Assembly: GCA_963796285.1 (NCBI GenBank)
Contig: CAWCKW010000012.1
Coordinates: 576,001 to 640,000 of the forward strand
Source of the DNA: Nitrospirota bacterium
Lineage (GTDB): Bacteria; Nitrospirota; UBA9217
Length of the DNA stretch: 64,000 bases
Reading direction: 5' to 3'
The notes below the pieces were generated by a model. The model was not told the origin of the DNA, did not search any database, and worked only from the letters and a program-made list of their open reading frames with translations. Shown here in pieces: positions 53,848 through 63,995 of this stretch. The position numbers and the translations under genes were made by a program. Position 1 is the stretch's first letter; each line of letters opens with the position of its first letter.

Positions 53848-55140
53848 ATGTCCGATATTAAAAAAATGTATAAAACCATCATGTCCGACAATTTTCCACC
53901 GGAGATGACTATTACCTTCGGTGATCAGAAGCTGGTGTACCGGAAGAGGTCATGGAAGATCGCTGATGAAGGGTCCGGTGAGGTCATCGAGAAAGGCCTG
54001 CGTTATGGCGAGAATCCCGACCAGCAGGCCGCCATGTACCAGCTGGTAAGCGGTAACCTCATGCTCGCCGGGGTGAAGTTCATAGAGCCTGGCAACGGTC
54101 TCGTAAGCACGATCACCGAGGAGCAGATGGTCCAGGCAGGGAAACACCCCGGCAAGACGAACTTCACCGATCTCGATAATGCACTCAATATCCTGAAATA
54201 CCTGATGGACCGTCCCGCGGCTGCCATCATGAAGCACAATAATCCCTGCGGTGCGGCCTATGGAAAGACCGTGGCAGAGGCGTATGACCGGGCGAACATG
54301 GCTGACCGCATCGCGGCTTTTGGCGGCTGTCTTGTAATCAATCGCCCGATGGATAAGCAAACCGCTGAAATGGCGAATATGAATTATTTGGAGGTTGTCG
54401 CGGCGCCGGACTATGAGGAAGGTGCCATAGCAATCTTGTCGAAACGCAAGAACCTGCGCATCATCAGGCTTGAGAAGATCAACGAGCTTGCAAAATACCG
54501 GGATATGAGCGTTGTTGAGTTCAAGGCGCTCATTGACGGCGGTCTTATTGTTCAACAGTCCCAGAAAAATGCGATCCGTAAGAAAGCTGATTTTCAGGAA
54601 GCGAAGACGCTTTACAAAGGCAAGGAGTATAAGATCGAGCGGAAACCGACGGATGAGGAATACGACGACATGCTGTTCGGCTGGAACGTGGAGCAGGGGA
54701 TTACCTCAAACTCGGTCATCTATGTGAAAGACGGCGTGACGGTGGGCATCGGCACTGGCGAGCAGGACCGGGTAGGGGTGGCCGAGATCGCGATCGTCAA
54801 AGCCTATACGAAATATGCGGACGCGCTCTGTTTCAAGAAATACGGGATACCTTATAAACAGTTTGAACTGGAAGCCGTTCAGGGTAAACGGGAGAAGGGT
54901 GCGCTCAAGGAGATCGATGAGCAGACCAGGAAGGACAAAGGCGGTCTCATCGGGTCCACGATGGTATCAGACGCCTTCTTCCCGTTCCGTGATGGTGTCG
55001 ATGTGGGCATTAAAGAGGGAATAGTCGCCATTGTGCAGCCGGGCGGCTCGGACCGGGATTTCGAGGTCATTACAGCTTGCAATGAGGCGAATCCCAAGGT
55101 CACCATGGTCTTTACCGGACAGCGGGTGTTCAAGCATTAG
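53848..55140 (+). CDS. purH: PurH-family protein comprising only the AICAR transformylase-like region
   Basis: LRYGENPDQ.AA, KHNNPCG, AFGG, EVVAAP, SNSV, GIG.G..DRV, SDAFFPFRD, QPGGS, R.FKH. Confidence 0.88.
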   Translation: MSDIKKMYKTIMSDNFPPEMTITFGDQKLVYRKRSWKIADEGSGEVIEKGLRYGENPDQQAAMYQLVSGNLMLAGVKFIEPGNGLVSTITEEQMVQAGKHPGKTNFTDLDNALNILKYLMDRPAAAIMKHNNPCGAAYGKTVAEAYDRANMADRIAAFGGCLVINRPMDKQTAEMANMNYLEVVAAPDYEEGAIAILSKRKNLRIIRLEKINELAKYRDMSVVEFKALIDGGLIVQQSQKNAIRKKADFQEAKTLYKGKEYKIERKPTDEEYDDMLFGWNVEQGITSNSVIYVKDGVTVGIGTGEQDRVGVAEIAIVKAYTKYADALCFKKYGIPYKQFELEAVQGKREKGALKEIDEQTRKDKGGLIGSTMVSDAFFPFRDGVDVGIKEGIVAIVQPGGSDRDFEVITACNEANPKVTMVFTGQRVFKH

Positions 55141-55316
55141 CTCAGACCCGCAGAACCCGTTTTATTAAATATACCCTCAGATCAGCCGTGGAAACGAGCG
55201 GGACACATCTGGGGGCATTCATTTTTAGTATTGAATCGTGCTTTCCCGGCAGGCAAAGAACCCTCATTCTTTCTCCAAATTCAGTTATTCACGAACCGCT
55301 TTTACCAAGTGTCGTC

Positions 55317-55345
55317 TTGACTACCATGGCGTTATTGCTTATAAT
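55317..55345 (+). promoter_or_regulatory. Near-consensus sigma70 promoter
   Basis: TTGACT-17-TATAAT. Confidence 0.75.
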
Positions 55346-55427
55346 TGAATTCATTGGAGCGCGGGCTGGTAAGCTAGTGTAGTTGGATTTGGTTTGTTCA
55401 AATATGAAAGATCGAGGGAGAATCTGA

Positions 55428-55611
55428 ATGATTAATAAAGATAACATGCCTCATTTGTGAAGCGGCAAATTATTTCAAGGAAGAGATCCTTGAGATCATG
55501 CCGGATATTTCGATTGCCCAGCTTGCTGACATGGTGTCATTATATATTTACTATCAATATGGCATTACCAAAGAAGAAGCGAAGAAGGTTATTGAAACAA
55601 CCTGTTTATGA
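55428..55611 (+). CDS. Small (~60 aa) helical hypothetical protein (one indel ~55447)
   Basis: GAGGGAG RBS, promoter upstream; MINKDN/LICEAANYFKEEILEIMPDISIAQLADMVSLYIYYQYGITKEEAKKVIETTCL*. Confidence 0.6.
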
Positions 55612-55771
55612 AAACTGCATGAGTTTCAGGAAGAAGGCATCACCCAACAACTGAATCATAACTTGATTATTTCCAACAGTAATGATTGGCGGCAGGTTGA
55701 ACGGGAACAGGTTTTGATTATATTATCCGGTCGTTATTGGTTTTAATAGAGCTGCCAAAAGATATCATGCT

Positions 55772-56551
55772 TCACATTAAAGCCTTTATCTCCCGCATCT
55801 TTTCTTCCGCGGCCTTTTTGCCCCGCTTCAGCAGTTCCTTTGATTTCGAGAGATCATACAGGGGGATCCCCCTGGCATTCACCTGAATCATCACGTCCGC
55901 GAGCTTTTCCTCTTCCCGCGCGTTCCGCGACGCCCAGAGCGCCGAAAGGTGCGCTGCGATCTTCACCATATTGTCGAATTGCTCCATTTCCAGTGCCTTG
56001 AAATTCACATTTACCGCGATCACTTTCTTTAAGCCCAATTCTTCTCGAACCGTTCTAACCGGGATCTGGCTGGAAACGCCGCCATCGACGAGGGACTTCT
56101 TGTTGATCTCCGTGGGCGTAAAGACGACAGGAAGGCTGCAACTGGCCTGGACTGCCCGGGCAATGGATCCCGTGGTGATGCTGACCTTCTCTCCGGTACG
56201 GAGGTCAGTAGCAACAGCGGCAAAGGGGAGGGGCAGGGCAGAGAACTTTTTAATGGGAAGGATGTTGTCCATGAAGCGGTAGATGCCATCGCTCGATATG
56301 AGGCCTGTCCGGGGGAGGGTGAACTTAAGAAGGTCCATCCATTTGGTTTCCAAAAGAGTGCGCTGGATTTCCGAGACGGGCATGCCGGCGCAATAGAGCG
56401 CGCCGATGATGCTGCCGGCACTGGTCCCGGCTATGGCATGAATAGGAACTCCCTCCTGCTCCAGCACATCCAGAACGGCAATGTGGGCAATGCCGCGCAC
56501 GGCCCCTCCGGAAAGGGCCAGTCCGAATCCGGGATTTGGTGATGGAGGCAT
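55772..56551 (-). CDS. Patatin-like phospholipase (RssA/NTE type)
   Basis: LSGGAVRG.AH, GTSAG, ASCSLP, DGG. Confidence 0.93.
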   Translation of the reverse strand: MPPSPNPGFGLALSGGAVRGIAHIAVLDVLEQEGVPIHAIAGTSAGSIIGALYCAGMPVSEIQRTLLETKWMDLLKFTLPRTGLISSDGIYRFMDNILPIKKFSALPLPFAAVATDLRTGEKVSITTGSIARAVQASCSLPVVFTPTEINKKSLVDGGVSSQIPVRTVREELGLKKVIAVNVNFKALEMEQFDNMVKIAAHLSALWASRNAREEEKLADVMIQVNARGIPLYDLSKSKELLKRGKKAAEEKMREIKALM

Positions 56552-56911
56552 GTTACCTTATCTTCCCCTGTTTGGAACATGAAAAAATACTTTGAAGGGA
56601 TAACAGGAGTAAAAAGACTGTGTAACTGCTCAGGAGCATCAGAAACCGCGGTGGAAATTGCGGAAACTGGGATCGCTTGGCGAGGCACGATTGTATGCAA
56701 AATTTGTTTGTTTTAACGAATCTGAAAGAACAACCGTGTTCAGCTGTTTGTTATAACACAGTCGAGACCCGTGGTCTTATTCGACCTGTTGTTGTAGTGT
56801 GTTTTGACCTGAGTAGTTACAATCCCGTAACCGGTTTTGTCCTGTAATCCTGTCCTTGAGATTCCGCCCGGGCTTGTTAGTTCCGCAATGGAAATAAAAG
56901 AGAATAGGGAT

Positions 56912-57514
56912 TTATTTTGCTGAAAATCTTTCGACCGCGTTCTTAATGTGCCCTCCAATATCCTCAAAAGCGTAAAGGATGCACAGATAGGTCGAAGAGG
57001 ACTTGGGCGCGCATTCACCGGTTACCAGCCTGTCTTCGTGGGCGGTCGAGAATTCGTTGGCCATGCGCTCCATGGCGTCGGCTTCGGCCCTCGCCGTATC
57101 GAGAGCTGACTGAGCGCCGGTAACAGCTGCCTCACCGGCCTTTTTGAACACTTCTTTGGTTTTGGTGAAGAGTTTGCCGGTTTCGTTGATGGCCTTGTCG
57201 CTGAACAGCATACCCTCCTTGATCCGGCCCCGGCTGTTCTCGGTGATGCGCTTGATGCTGGTCGCGCTCTTCTCAATGTGTGACGGGACGGTCAGGAGCG
57301 CACGGGCTTCGCTGTTGGTCTTTGCCATTTTCGCGAGCGTGGCGGTCAGGATATCTTCCTTGGTATGGATCTCTTTGGCGAGCTCATCGGCCTGATCCAG
57401 AGAGGTGAGCTTGCTCTTCATGAACCCGTCCTCCGTGAGTTCGAGCATCTCCTGCGCTTTGTGTACCAGCAGGTATATCTCTTTTTTCAGGTCTTTTATG
57501 GTCTGTTCCGGCAT
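56912..57514 (-). CDS. PhoU-like helical domain protein
   Basis: Two helical repeats, HIEK, HEDRLVTGEC, FEDIG.H; AAGGAG RBS. Confidence 0.75.
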   Translation of the reverse strand: MPEQTIKDLKKEIYLLVHKAQEMLELTEDGFMKSKLTSLDQADELAKEIHTKEDILTATLAKMAKTNSEARALLTVPSHIEKSATSIKRITENSRGRIKEGMLFSDKAINETGKLFTKTKEVFKKAGEAAVTGAQSALDTARAEADAMERMANEFSTAHEDRLVTGECAPKSSSTYLCILYAFEDIGGHIKNAVERFSAK

Positions 57515-57821
57515 AGGATGAACGCTCCTTTCAAATATCTCTGATAGTATTGATGCGGGTGAGGTGATAAAATTTATGAAACTATAGCAGAAAACCGTTG
57601 ATATGACATGTTAAATATTCTTATATGATGATTGTAATGTTTTATAGATTTCGAAATCGTGTAAGCAATTGCGCGATGCGTATGGCTGATAGCATGAATT
57701 ACCCGTATGTCTATAAATATTTTAGCATATTTTGTTTGAGTTGGCGGCTTTTTTCTTGACTTAGCATGAGGCCGCTGGTATAACCTAACTCATCAATCAT
57801 CCCTCCTGCGCGGAGCAGATA

Positions 57822-59100
57822 ATGCCCTTTTTTGCCGAGGAAATCTTTGTCAGCGACGTACACAAGAAGCCGGTACTCGACCAGATGGGCGAGGAGATCG
57901 GCAGGCTCAAGGACATTATCGTTTCCGGAAGAGAGGCCCTCCCTGCGGTCACTTTCCTGATTGTCGCCTCCGGAAAGACCACCTATCAGATCCCCTGGGA
58001 CCTGATCAACCTCTTTAATAAACGCGTCATCTCCGTCAATACGAACCGCAATAGCCTAACACCGTCCGTGCTATCAACCAATGAGATCCTGCTCTGCAGG
58101 GACATCCTGGACAAGCAGATCGTAGATATTAACGGCGCCAAGCTGGTGCGCGTCAATGATCTCGAACTCGGCGACGTCAAGGGACACCTCTGTCTCGTTG
58201 CTGCGGACATCGGCTTTCGGGGGATCCTGCGCAGGCTCGGGATCGAGGCCCGCGGGGAGAAACTGCTCTCGCTCTTCCGGTACAAACTGCCGAAAAAATT
58301 GATCGGCTGGCACTATCTCCAGACCGTAGAGCCCAAGCTCACGAGGCTGACCCTTACGGTGTCCCGGCAGAAGGTGGCGAGGATCCACCCGGCAGACCTC
58401 GCAGAGATCATCAGCGAAGTCTCACAAAAGGAGCGGACCGCGCTGTTCGGCAGCATGGATGTGGAGACGGCGGCAGAGGCCCTGCATGAACTGGAACCCC
58501 AGGTCCAGGTCGATATCATCGACGACATGTCCAAGGAACAGGCGTCGGACATCCTTGAGCAGATGCCCCCTGATGAGGCGGCTGACGTGCTCGGCGATCT
58601 GCCCGAGGCCAAAGCGCAGGAACTCATCAACCTCATGGAGAAGGAAGAGGCCGAGGACGTCCAGGATCTCATGGAACACGAGGACAACACCGCCGGCGGT
58701 CTTATGACCACCGAATACCTCGCTTTCCCGCCGGACATGACCGTTGAAGAGGCGATCAAGGAACTGCGTCTCGAGGCGCCGGACGTAGAGACGATCTATT
58801 ATCTCTACATCCTGGACCAGCAATGAGCATATTGTCGGCGTCATATCTCTCAAGAACCTTATCCTCGCCATGCCTCAAACGTTGCTGAGCGATATCATGA
58901 TAACGCCGGTCAAAACCCTTCCGCTGGATGCCAGACAAAAGGACGTGGCCGAGTTCATCTCGAAGTATAACCTGCTTGCCGCTCCTGTGGTGGACGAGAA
59001 TGATGTCCTTCGCGGCATTGTGACCGTGGACGACGTGGTGGATTTCCTCTTGCCGACCGCATCACGCAAAAAGCGACCGAAAGCAGATAACCTGCACTAG
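57822..59100 (+). CDS. MgtE cytosolic-type protein (PRC-barrel, MgtE_N, CBS pair), no TM domain (indel ~58822)
   Basis: LDKQIVDING..LVRVND, HPADLAEI, MPPDEAAD, TAGGLMT, YNLLAAPVVD, GIVTVDD. Confidence 0.9.
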
Positions 59101-59147
59101 TGCGTCATATCTCCGATGACGAGTCAAAGGAATGTGTGGTAGGGCCT

Positions 59148-60385
59148 GTGTATGCTCGAATAAAAGAAAAATACATGTGTTAGTTCTCTGTCCGTCTCGG
59201 CCCGGGCATTATAACCGCTAATGTGGACAACGACGCAGGCGGCATTGCCACCTATTCAGTTGCCGGGCGCCCATTTCGGCTATTCACTCCTCTGGACGCT
59301 GATCCCTATAACTATTGCTCTTATCGTAGTGCAGGAGATGGTCGCACGAATGGGTGTGGTGACCGGCAAGACGCTGGCGGATCTGATCAGGGAGAATTTC
59401 GGGGTCAAAGCGACTTTTTTCCTCATGTTGAGCCTGCTGTTCGCGGACATGGGCAATACCGTGGCTGAGTTCGCCGGCTGGGCCTCGGCCATGGAGATGT
59501 TCGGGGTGAACAAGTATGTCTCCGTGCCGATCGGCGCGTTCGCGGTCTGGCTGCTCGTGGTGAAAGGCACCTACCGGTTTGTTGAAAGGATATTTCTTAT
59601 TGCGTGCACCGTCTATTTGACCTACGTGGTTTCGGCATATTTTGTTCATCCGCCGTGGGGACAGATCATGCTCGACACCGTCAAACCGTCCTTTGATTTC
59701 AAAGCCACCTATATTCATGATGCTCATCGGCATTGTCGGGACGACGATAGCGCCGTGGATGCAGTTTTATCTCCAGTCAGCCGTTGTGGAAAAAGATATC
59801 AAAGTAGGAGAATTACGGGGCATCCCGGATGGATGTGATCGTCGGCTGCATCATGACGGACGTCGATAGCATTCTTCATAATCGTTGCGTGCGCCGCGAC
59901 AATGTTCACACACGGCATCAAGATCAACGATGCTAAGGACGCCGCCGTGGCGCTCGCCCCGCTTGCGGGCAAGTACGCTTCGGTACTTTTCGCCATCGGG
60001 CTGGCGAACGCCTCGCTGTTCGCCGCATCCATTCTGCCTCTGGCTACGGCCTATTATGTTTGTGAAGGGATGGGATGGGAGTCCGGCGTTGAACAAGAAC
60101 TTTCAAGACCGCGCCGCAGTTCATGTGGCTCTATACCGGCATGATCGCTGATCGGAGCGCTCATTATCCTGATCCCGAATGCGCCACTTATTCCAATCAT
60201 GTTGGTATCGCAGGTGGTCAACGGCGTCATGCTGCCGTTCGTGCTTATCTTTATGCTCCTGTTGATCAACAATAAGGAGCTTATGGGAGAATACACCAAT
60301 TCGAGGACTGTTTGACATCATCGCCTGGACCACGGTCGTAATCATGATCGCATTAACGTAGCTGACAGCTCCATGGTCTGTGACA
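59148..60385 (+). CDS. NRAMP-family divalent metal transporter, many indels (ends approximate)
   Basis: GPGIITANVDNDAGGIATYS, QEMVARMG, NTVAEF, GTTIAPWMQF, SQVVNG, LMGEYTN. Confidence 0.85.
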
Positions 60386-60399
60386 AGCTTCCTTTACGG

Positions 60400-61102
60400 T
60401 CAGGTCCCATTCCTGTCATACGGAATAGGATCATCCACTCCCGCCTCTTTGAATCCTTTCAACCGCAGCATACAGCTCTCGCACTTGCCGCAGGCCCTGT
60501 CACTGTTCTGGTAGCAGCTCCAGGTCAGGTGGAGCGGCGCGCCGAGTTCCACTGCTTTTCTCACGATCGCCGACTTCTTCAGATGAATGAGCGGAGTGAC
60601 GATCTCGATCCGCGTTTCCGGCTTCGTTCCCATCTCTATGACCTTGTTGAAGGCCTGATAAAATACCTCACGACAGTCGGGATAACCTGAACTGTCCTCT
60701 TCTACGGCGCCGATGAATATCTTTGTTGCGCCGATGACCTCCGCCCACGAAGTGGCAATGGACAAGAAGATGGGCGTTCCGGAAGGGGACGTAGGTCGTA
60801 GGAATTGCGGATTGCGGATTTTGGATTGCAGATTGAGAAGGGTCAACTTCAGGAACTGGGATGTTTTCGTCTGTCAGCGCTGAGCCGCCGATCACCTTCA
60901 GGTGCTCGATACTGACCGTAAGGCGTTTCTCGGCTGTGTAGAAATCCGCTATTCCATTGAATGCCTGCAGTTCCCTCGCCTCGGTCCTTTGTCCGTAATT
61001 CACATGCAGGAACGCCAGCCGGAACCGTTCATTCGCTATCGCGGCCGTGACGCAACTGTCCATGCCGCCGCTCACGAGGATCACTGCAAGTTCTTTTTTC
61101 AT
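60400..61102 (-). CDS. queC: 7-cyano-7-deazaguanine synthase (indel ~60768)
   Basis: [32 protein letters not shown]...ACGKCESC..R. Confidence 0.95.
60804..60838. repeat. Five tandem heptamers (ATTGCGG class) inside queC
   Basis: attgcgg attgcgg attttgg attgcag attgaga; encodes [12 protein letters not shown] on the - strand. Confidence 0.85.
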
Positions 61103-61200
61103 GGAAGCAGTTTACCAGCAACGTTCCGGAAATTCCACAGCATTTTAGCGCGATGCGTCTCTCGTCTGCAGTGAACGGTCGTCCATCGTCCCGCGCTCTT

Positions 61201-61338
61201 TCAATGCGCCCCGTGGATGAGCATGGGAAGACATCGGGTACAGACGATCTTCTCTTCACCCTCATGATAGCATGGAAGGTATACCCTGGTCTTATCGTCC
61301 GTACCACAGACAAAACATTTAAGCTGTATTTTTGACAT
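61201..61338 (-). CDS. 45-aa Cys-rich mini-protein (CxxC...C...CxxC)
   Basis: MSKIQLKCFVCGTDDKTRVYLPCYHEGEEKIVCTRCLPMLIHGAH*; GGAGG RBS inside the upstream gene end; below the ORF-track cutoff. Confidence 0.8.
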   Translation of the reverse strand: MSKIQLKCFVCGTDDKTRVYLPCYHEGEEKIVCTRCLPMLIHGAH

Positions 61339-61339
61339 G

Positions 61340-61555
61340 TCATTCCTCCAACGCGGCGTTGATCTCATCCACGATCTTGTTCGGGTCGAGGTTGTGCATC
61401 ATCGAACCGAAGGACAGAGATTCCACATTGATGCCGGCGCAGGTAAAGCATCCGTTGCCGAAATGTTTCTCGATAACCGCCTTTGCCGCCGGGCTCATGC
61501 GTATCACGTCGCCGATCAGTGTGTCCTTTGTCACTTTAAGCTTTTCCGTAACCAT
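61340..61555 (-). CDS. DUF1858-like small Cys/His protein
   Basis: TKDTLIGDVI...P....VIEKHFG.GCFTC.....ESL..G..MH.LD; AAGGAGG RBS. Confidence 0.85.
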   Translation of the reverse strand: MVTEKLKVTKDTLIGDVIRMSPAAKAVIEKHFGNGCFTCAGINVESLSFGSMMHNLDPNKIVDEINAALEE

Positions 61556-61611
61556 AGTGTCCTCCTTTGATAGGTGATTGATCATATGTTACCAGAACGG
61601 GCACGCACCCG

Positions 61612-61664
61612 TTATGACCTGCGTCATATTTATGAACTATGGTATACTATGAGCCATGTCATAG
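61612..61664. promoter_or_regulatory. Two Crp/Fnr-type boxes in a divergent promoter
   Basis: TTATGA-N6-TCATAT (61612-29) and CTATGA-N6-TCATAG (61647-64), each ~41-42 nt upstream of the start implied by a -10 (TAACAT on -, TATACT on +). Confidence 0.75.
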
Positions 61665-61724
61665 CGAATCCGGATGGTTTGACGTATACTGCGCCCATCT
61701 TACTACCTGAGGAGGTAATTCATT

Positions 61725-62135
61725 GTGGACAAGTTCGTAAAGGGGTTTATCGTCATGAGTGTCATATATCTCGGTGTTGCAGCCGTCATGGGGATCGTCA
61801 TGCTCGCGAACCAGAACGTGATGGGGCTCAAGTTCGTCCATTCTCACCTGAACATGCTCGGCTGGGTATCGATGATGATCTACGGAGTGGGTTACCATAT
61901 CCTGCCGCGCTTCATGGGACGGGCGCTGTACAGCAATAAGATCGGCGAACTGCAGTTCTATCTCGCGAACATCTCTCTCGTGTCCATGCTCCTGTTCTAT
62001 ACCCTGAACGTTTACAATCCAAGCGATATTTACCGGACCATTACCGTGGTATCGGGGGCCGTCCAGGCATTTACCTTGTTTCTCTTCCTCTACAATATGC
62101 TGATGACGCTTCTCACGAAAGTAAAACAACCGTAA
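61725..62135 (+). CDS. Four-helix membrane protein resembling a heme-copper oxidase subunit I fragment
   Basis: HSHLNMLGWVSMMIYG..YH.LPRF motif; GAGGAGG RBS. Confidence 0.8.
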   Translation: MDKFVKGFIVMSVIYLGVAAVMGIVMLANQNVMGLKFVHSHLNMLGWVSMMIYGVGYHILPRFMGRALYSNKIGELQFYLANISLVSMLLFYTLNVYNPSDIYRTITVVSGAVQAFTLFLFLYNMLMTLLTKVKQP

Positions 62136-62218
62136 GCGCTTCGTTTGCGCTCATGGTTGATCGTTCCCGGCAGAGGGAACAAGCAACATAAACCATCAGT
62201 TATCGGCTTTTCTTTGAC

Positions 62219-62893
62219 TTACGATGAGAAGCTCATCAGCCCTTCACGGTCCTTGATAATGATCTTCCCGTCCGAATCCGTCACCAGGCCTTCTTTTTTA
62301 AACTTGCTGAAGGTGCGGATGGAGGTCTCAACCGTGGTCCCGACCATGTCGGCAACGTCCTGTTTGGTCAGCCGCATGTCGATCATCAACCCCGCGTCTG
62401 TCTCCACTCCGACCTTGTTCCCCAGCTTGAGCAAAAGCGCCGCGATCCTCGCTTCTACACGCTCAAGGGCGATGTTCTTGAGCGAGTCATAGGAACTCTT
62501 CATCCGGTCGCCGAGCTGGAGCGCAATGCAGAACATGAGGTTCGGGAACCGATCAACAAGCCGCATCAGGTTTTTCCGCGATATTTTCAGGATCTCCGAG
62601 TCTTCCATCGCAACAGCATTGGCGGGGTAGGGGAAATTCCGCAGAACCGCCACACCGCCGAAGATGTCATATGGGGAGATTATCTCCAGGATGATCTCCT
62701 TGCCGTCGTGGGAGATCTTCGTCACTTTTACTTTGCCCGTCAGAACGATATAGAACCACTCCGGTGCATCACCTTCCGTAAAGATGTCATCTTTTTTTCT
62801 GAACAGTGCCGTGGAAAGGTAGTGTTCCAGCTCCTTGAGCTCCTCGTCGGAAAGGTTCTTGAACAGGTCGATCTTCTTGAGGTTCTTAATCAC
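62219..62893 (-). CDS. Crp/Fnr family transcriptional regulator (Dnr/HcpR-like)
   Basis: G.VKV.K....GKEIIL, YPANAVA, VEARIAA.LL, LTKQDVADMVGTTVETSIR; no FNR Cys cluster. Confidence 0.93.
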   Translation of the reverse strand: MIKNLKKIDLFKNLSDEELKELEHYLSTALFRKKDDIFTEGDAPEWFYIVLTGKVKVTKISHDGKEIILEIISPYDIFGGVAVLRNFPYPANAVAMEDSEILKISRKNLMRLVDRFPNLMFCIALQLGDRMKSSYDSLKNIALERVEARIAALLLKLGNKVGVETDAGLMIDMRLTKQDVADMVGTTVETSIRTFSKFKKEGLVTDSDGKIIIKDREGLMSFSS

Positions 62894-63377
62894 GATGTTC
62901 TCTCCTCGTTTTCTGAGATATCGGCCTCAGCCGTTTCCAATAGATATATTCTGATGACCCTGGAGCGATCAAGTCGGGAAGTTTTCCGGCCCGCGCGTAG
63001 CCCCGATCATAATAGAAGGCCTGCGCCGTGCGGTTGAACGTCGAAACACAGAGATAGAGGTAGTGAGAATAGCGCGCTGTTTTCTTTTCCGCGAATGTCA
63101 GGAGCCTTCTTCCGATACCATGCCTGCGCATCGATGGCGACACGCCGATGGCGCGGAGATAGCCGCCGCGGGCAAACACCGGTTCCGGAGCGAAGATGAT
63201 GAAACCGGTCACCACCGCTCCATCCATGCAGACATAGGCCTGTTTCAGAAGAATATATTTTTTAAAGTCGATCCGCTCATGCAGCGTCTTCCAGGGCTCA
63301 GAAACTTCGGTGATTTCAGTGCAGGCCTGGATGTGAGAACGCTTCATTGGGACAATGCTGAGAATCCATTTTTTCAC
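62886..63377 (-). CDS. GNAT family N-acetyltransferase
   Basis: IGVSPSMRRHGIGRRLL, LCVSTFN..AQAFY...GY. Confidence 0.88.
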   Translation of the reverse strand: MKKWILSIVPMKRSHIQACTEITEVSEPWKTLHERIDFKKYILLKQAYVCMDGAVVTGFIIFAPEPVFARGGYLRAIGVSPSMRRHGIGRRLLTFAEKKTARYSHYLYLCVSTFNRTAQAFYYDRGYARAGKLPDLIAPGSSEYIYWKRLRPISQKTRREHRD

Positions 63378-63995
63378 CTAAATCCTCTTCTTTTCCTCTT
63401 TCAGTCGGTTGAAAAGTTCACGCGCTTGGCGCTCCGTATCCACCCGGGTCCCGGTGTTGTCGATGACGTGATCAGCATGGCCCCGCTTTTCCGAGAGCGG
63501 CATCTGGCTCGCTATTCTGCTCAAAGCCTGTTCGCGGCTGAGGTGGTCCCGGATCGAAAGCCGCTCTATCTGTTGCTCAACATCAGCATAGACCACGACG
63601 GTCTTGTCCATATTCCGGTGATATCCGGTCTCAATGAGTAGTGCAGCATCAAACACAATGATGCTGTCCGGCTGCCAACGACGAAGCTGCTGCACCTGGG
63701 TGGTGTACACATGAAAGACCCTGGGATGCAGGCAGCTGTTAAGCCAGGCCCGCTTCTCCGCATTGTTGAATACTATCTCGCCGAGTTTCCTGCGGTCGAT
63801 GCCGTCATTCGGCAGCAGGATCTCCTGCCCGAAGTAACCGAGCACCTCTTGAAAAGCCTGCTGCCCGGGTTCGAGCAGATCATGTACGATACGGTCGGCA
63901 TCGATGATGTGTGCCCCGAGGTCCTTGAACACGCGCGCCACAAGGCTTTTCCCGCTCGCGATCCCTCCGGTGAGTCCTACAATGGTCATCATCAT
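63378..63995 (-). CDS. coaE: Dephospho-CoA kinase
   Basis: VGLTGGIASGKS, IDAD, IDR..LG.IVF, LN...HP, RIASQM, VIDN. Confidence 0.96.
   Translation of the reverse strand: MMMTIVGLTGGIASGKSLVARVFKDLGAHIIDADRIVHDLLEPGQQAFQEVLGYFGQEILLPNDGIDRRKLGEIVFNNAEKRAWLNSCLHPRVFHVYTTQVQQLRRWQPDSIIVFDAALLIETGYHRNMDKTVVVYADVEQQIERLSIRDHLSREQALSRIASQMPLSEKRGHADHVIDNTGTRVDTERQARELFNRLKEEKKRI

Noticed and set aside
56752-56796. Isolated hairpin between the patatin and PhoU-like genes
   Set aside because: Single imperfect stem with no promoter or terminator context; insufficient for an ncRNA call
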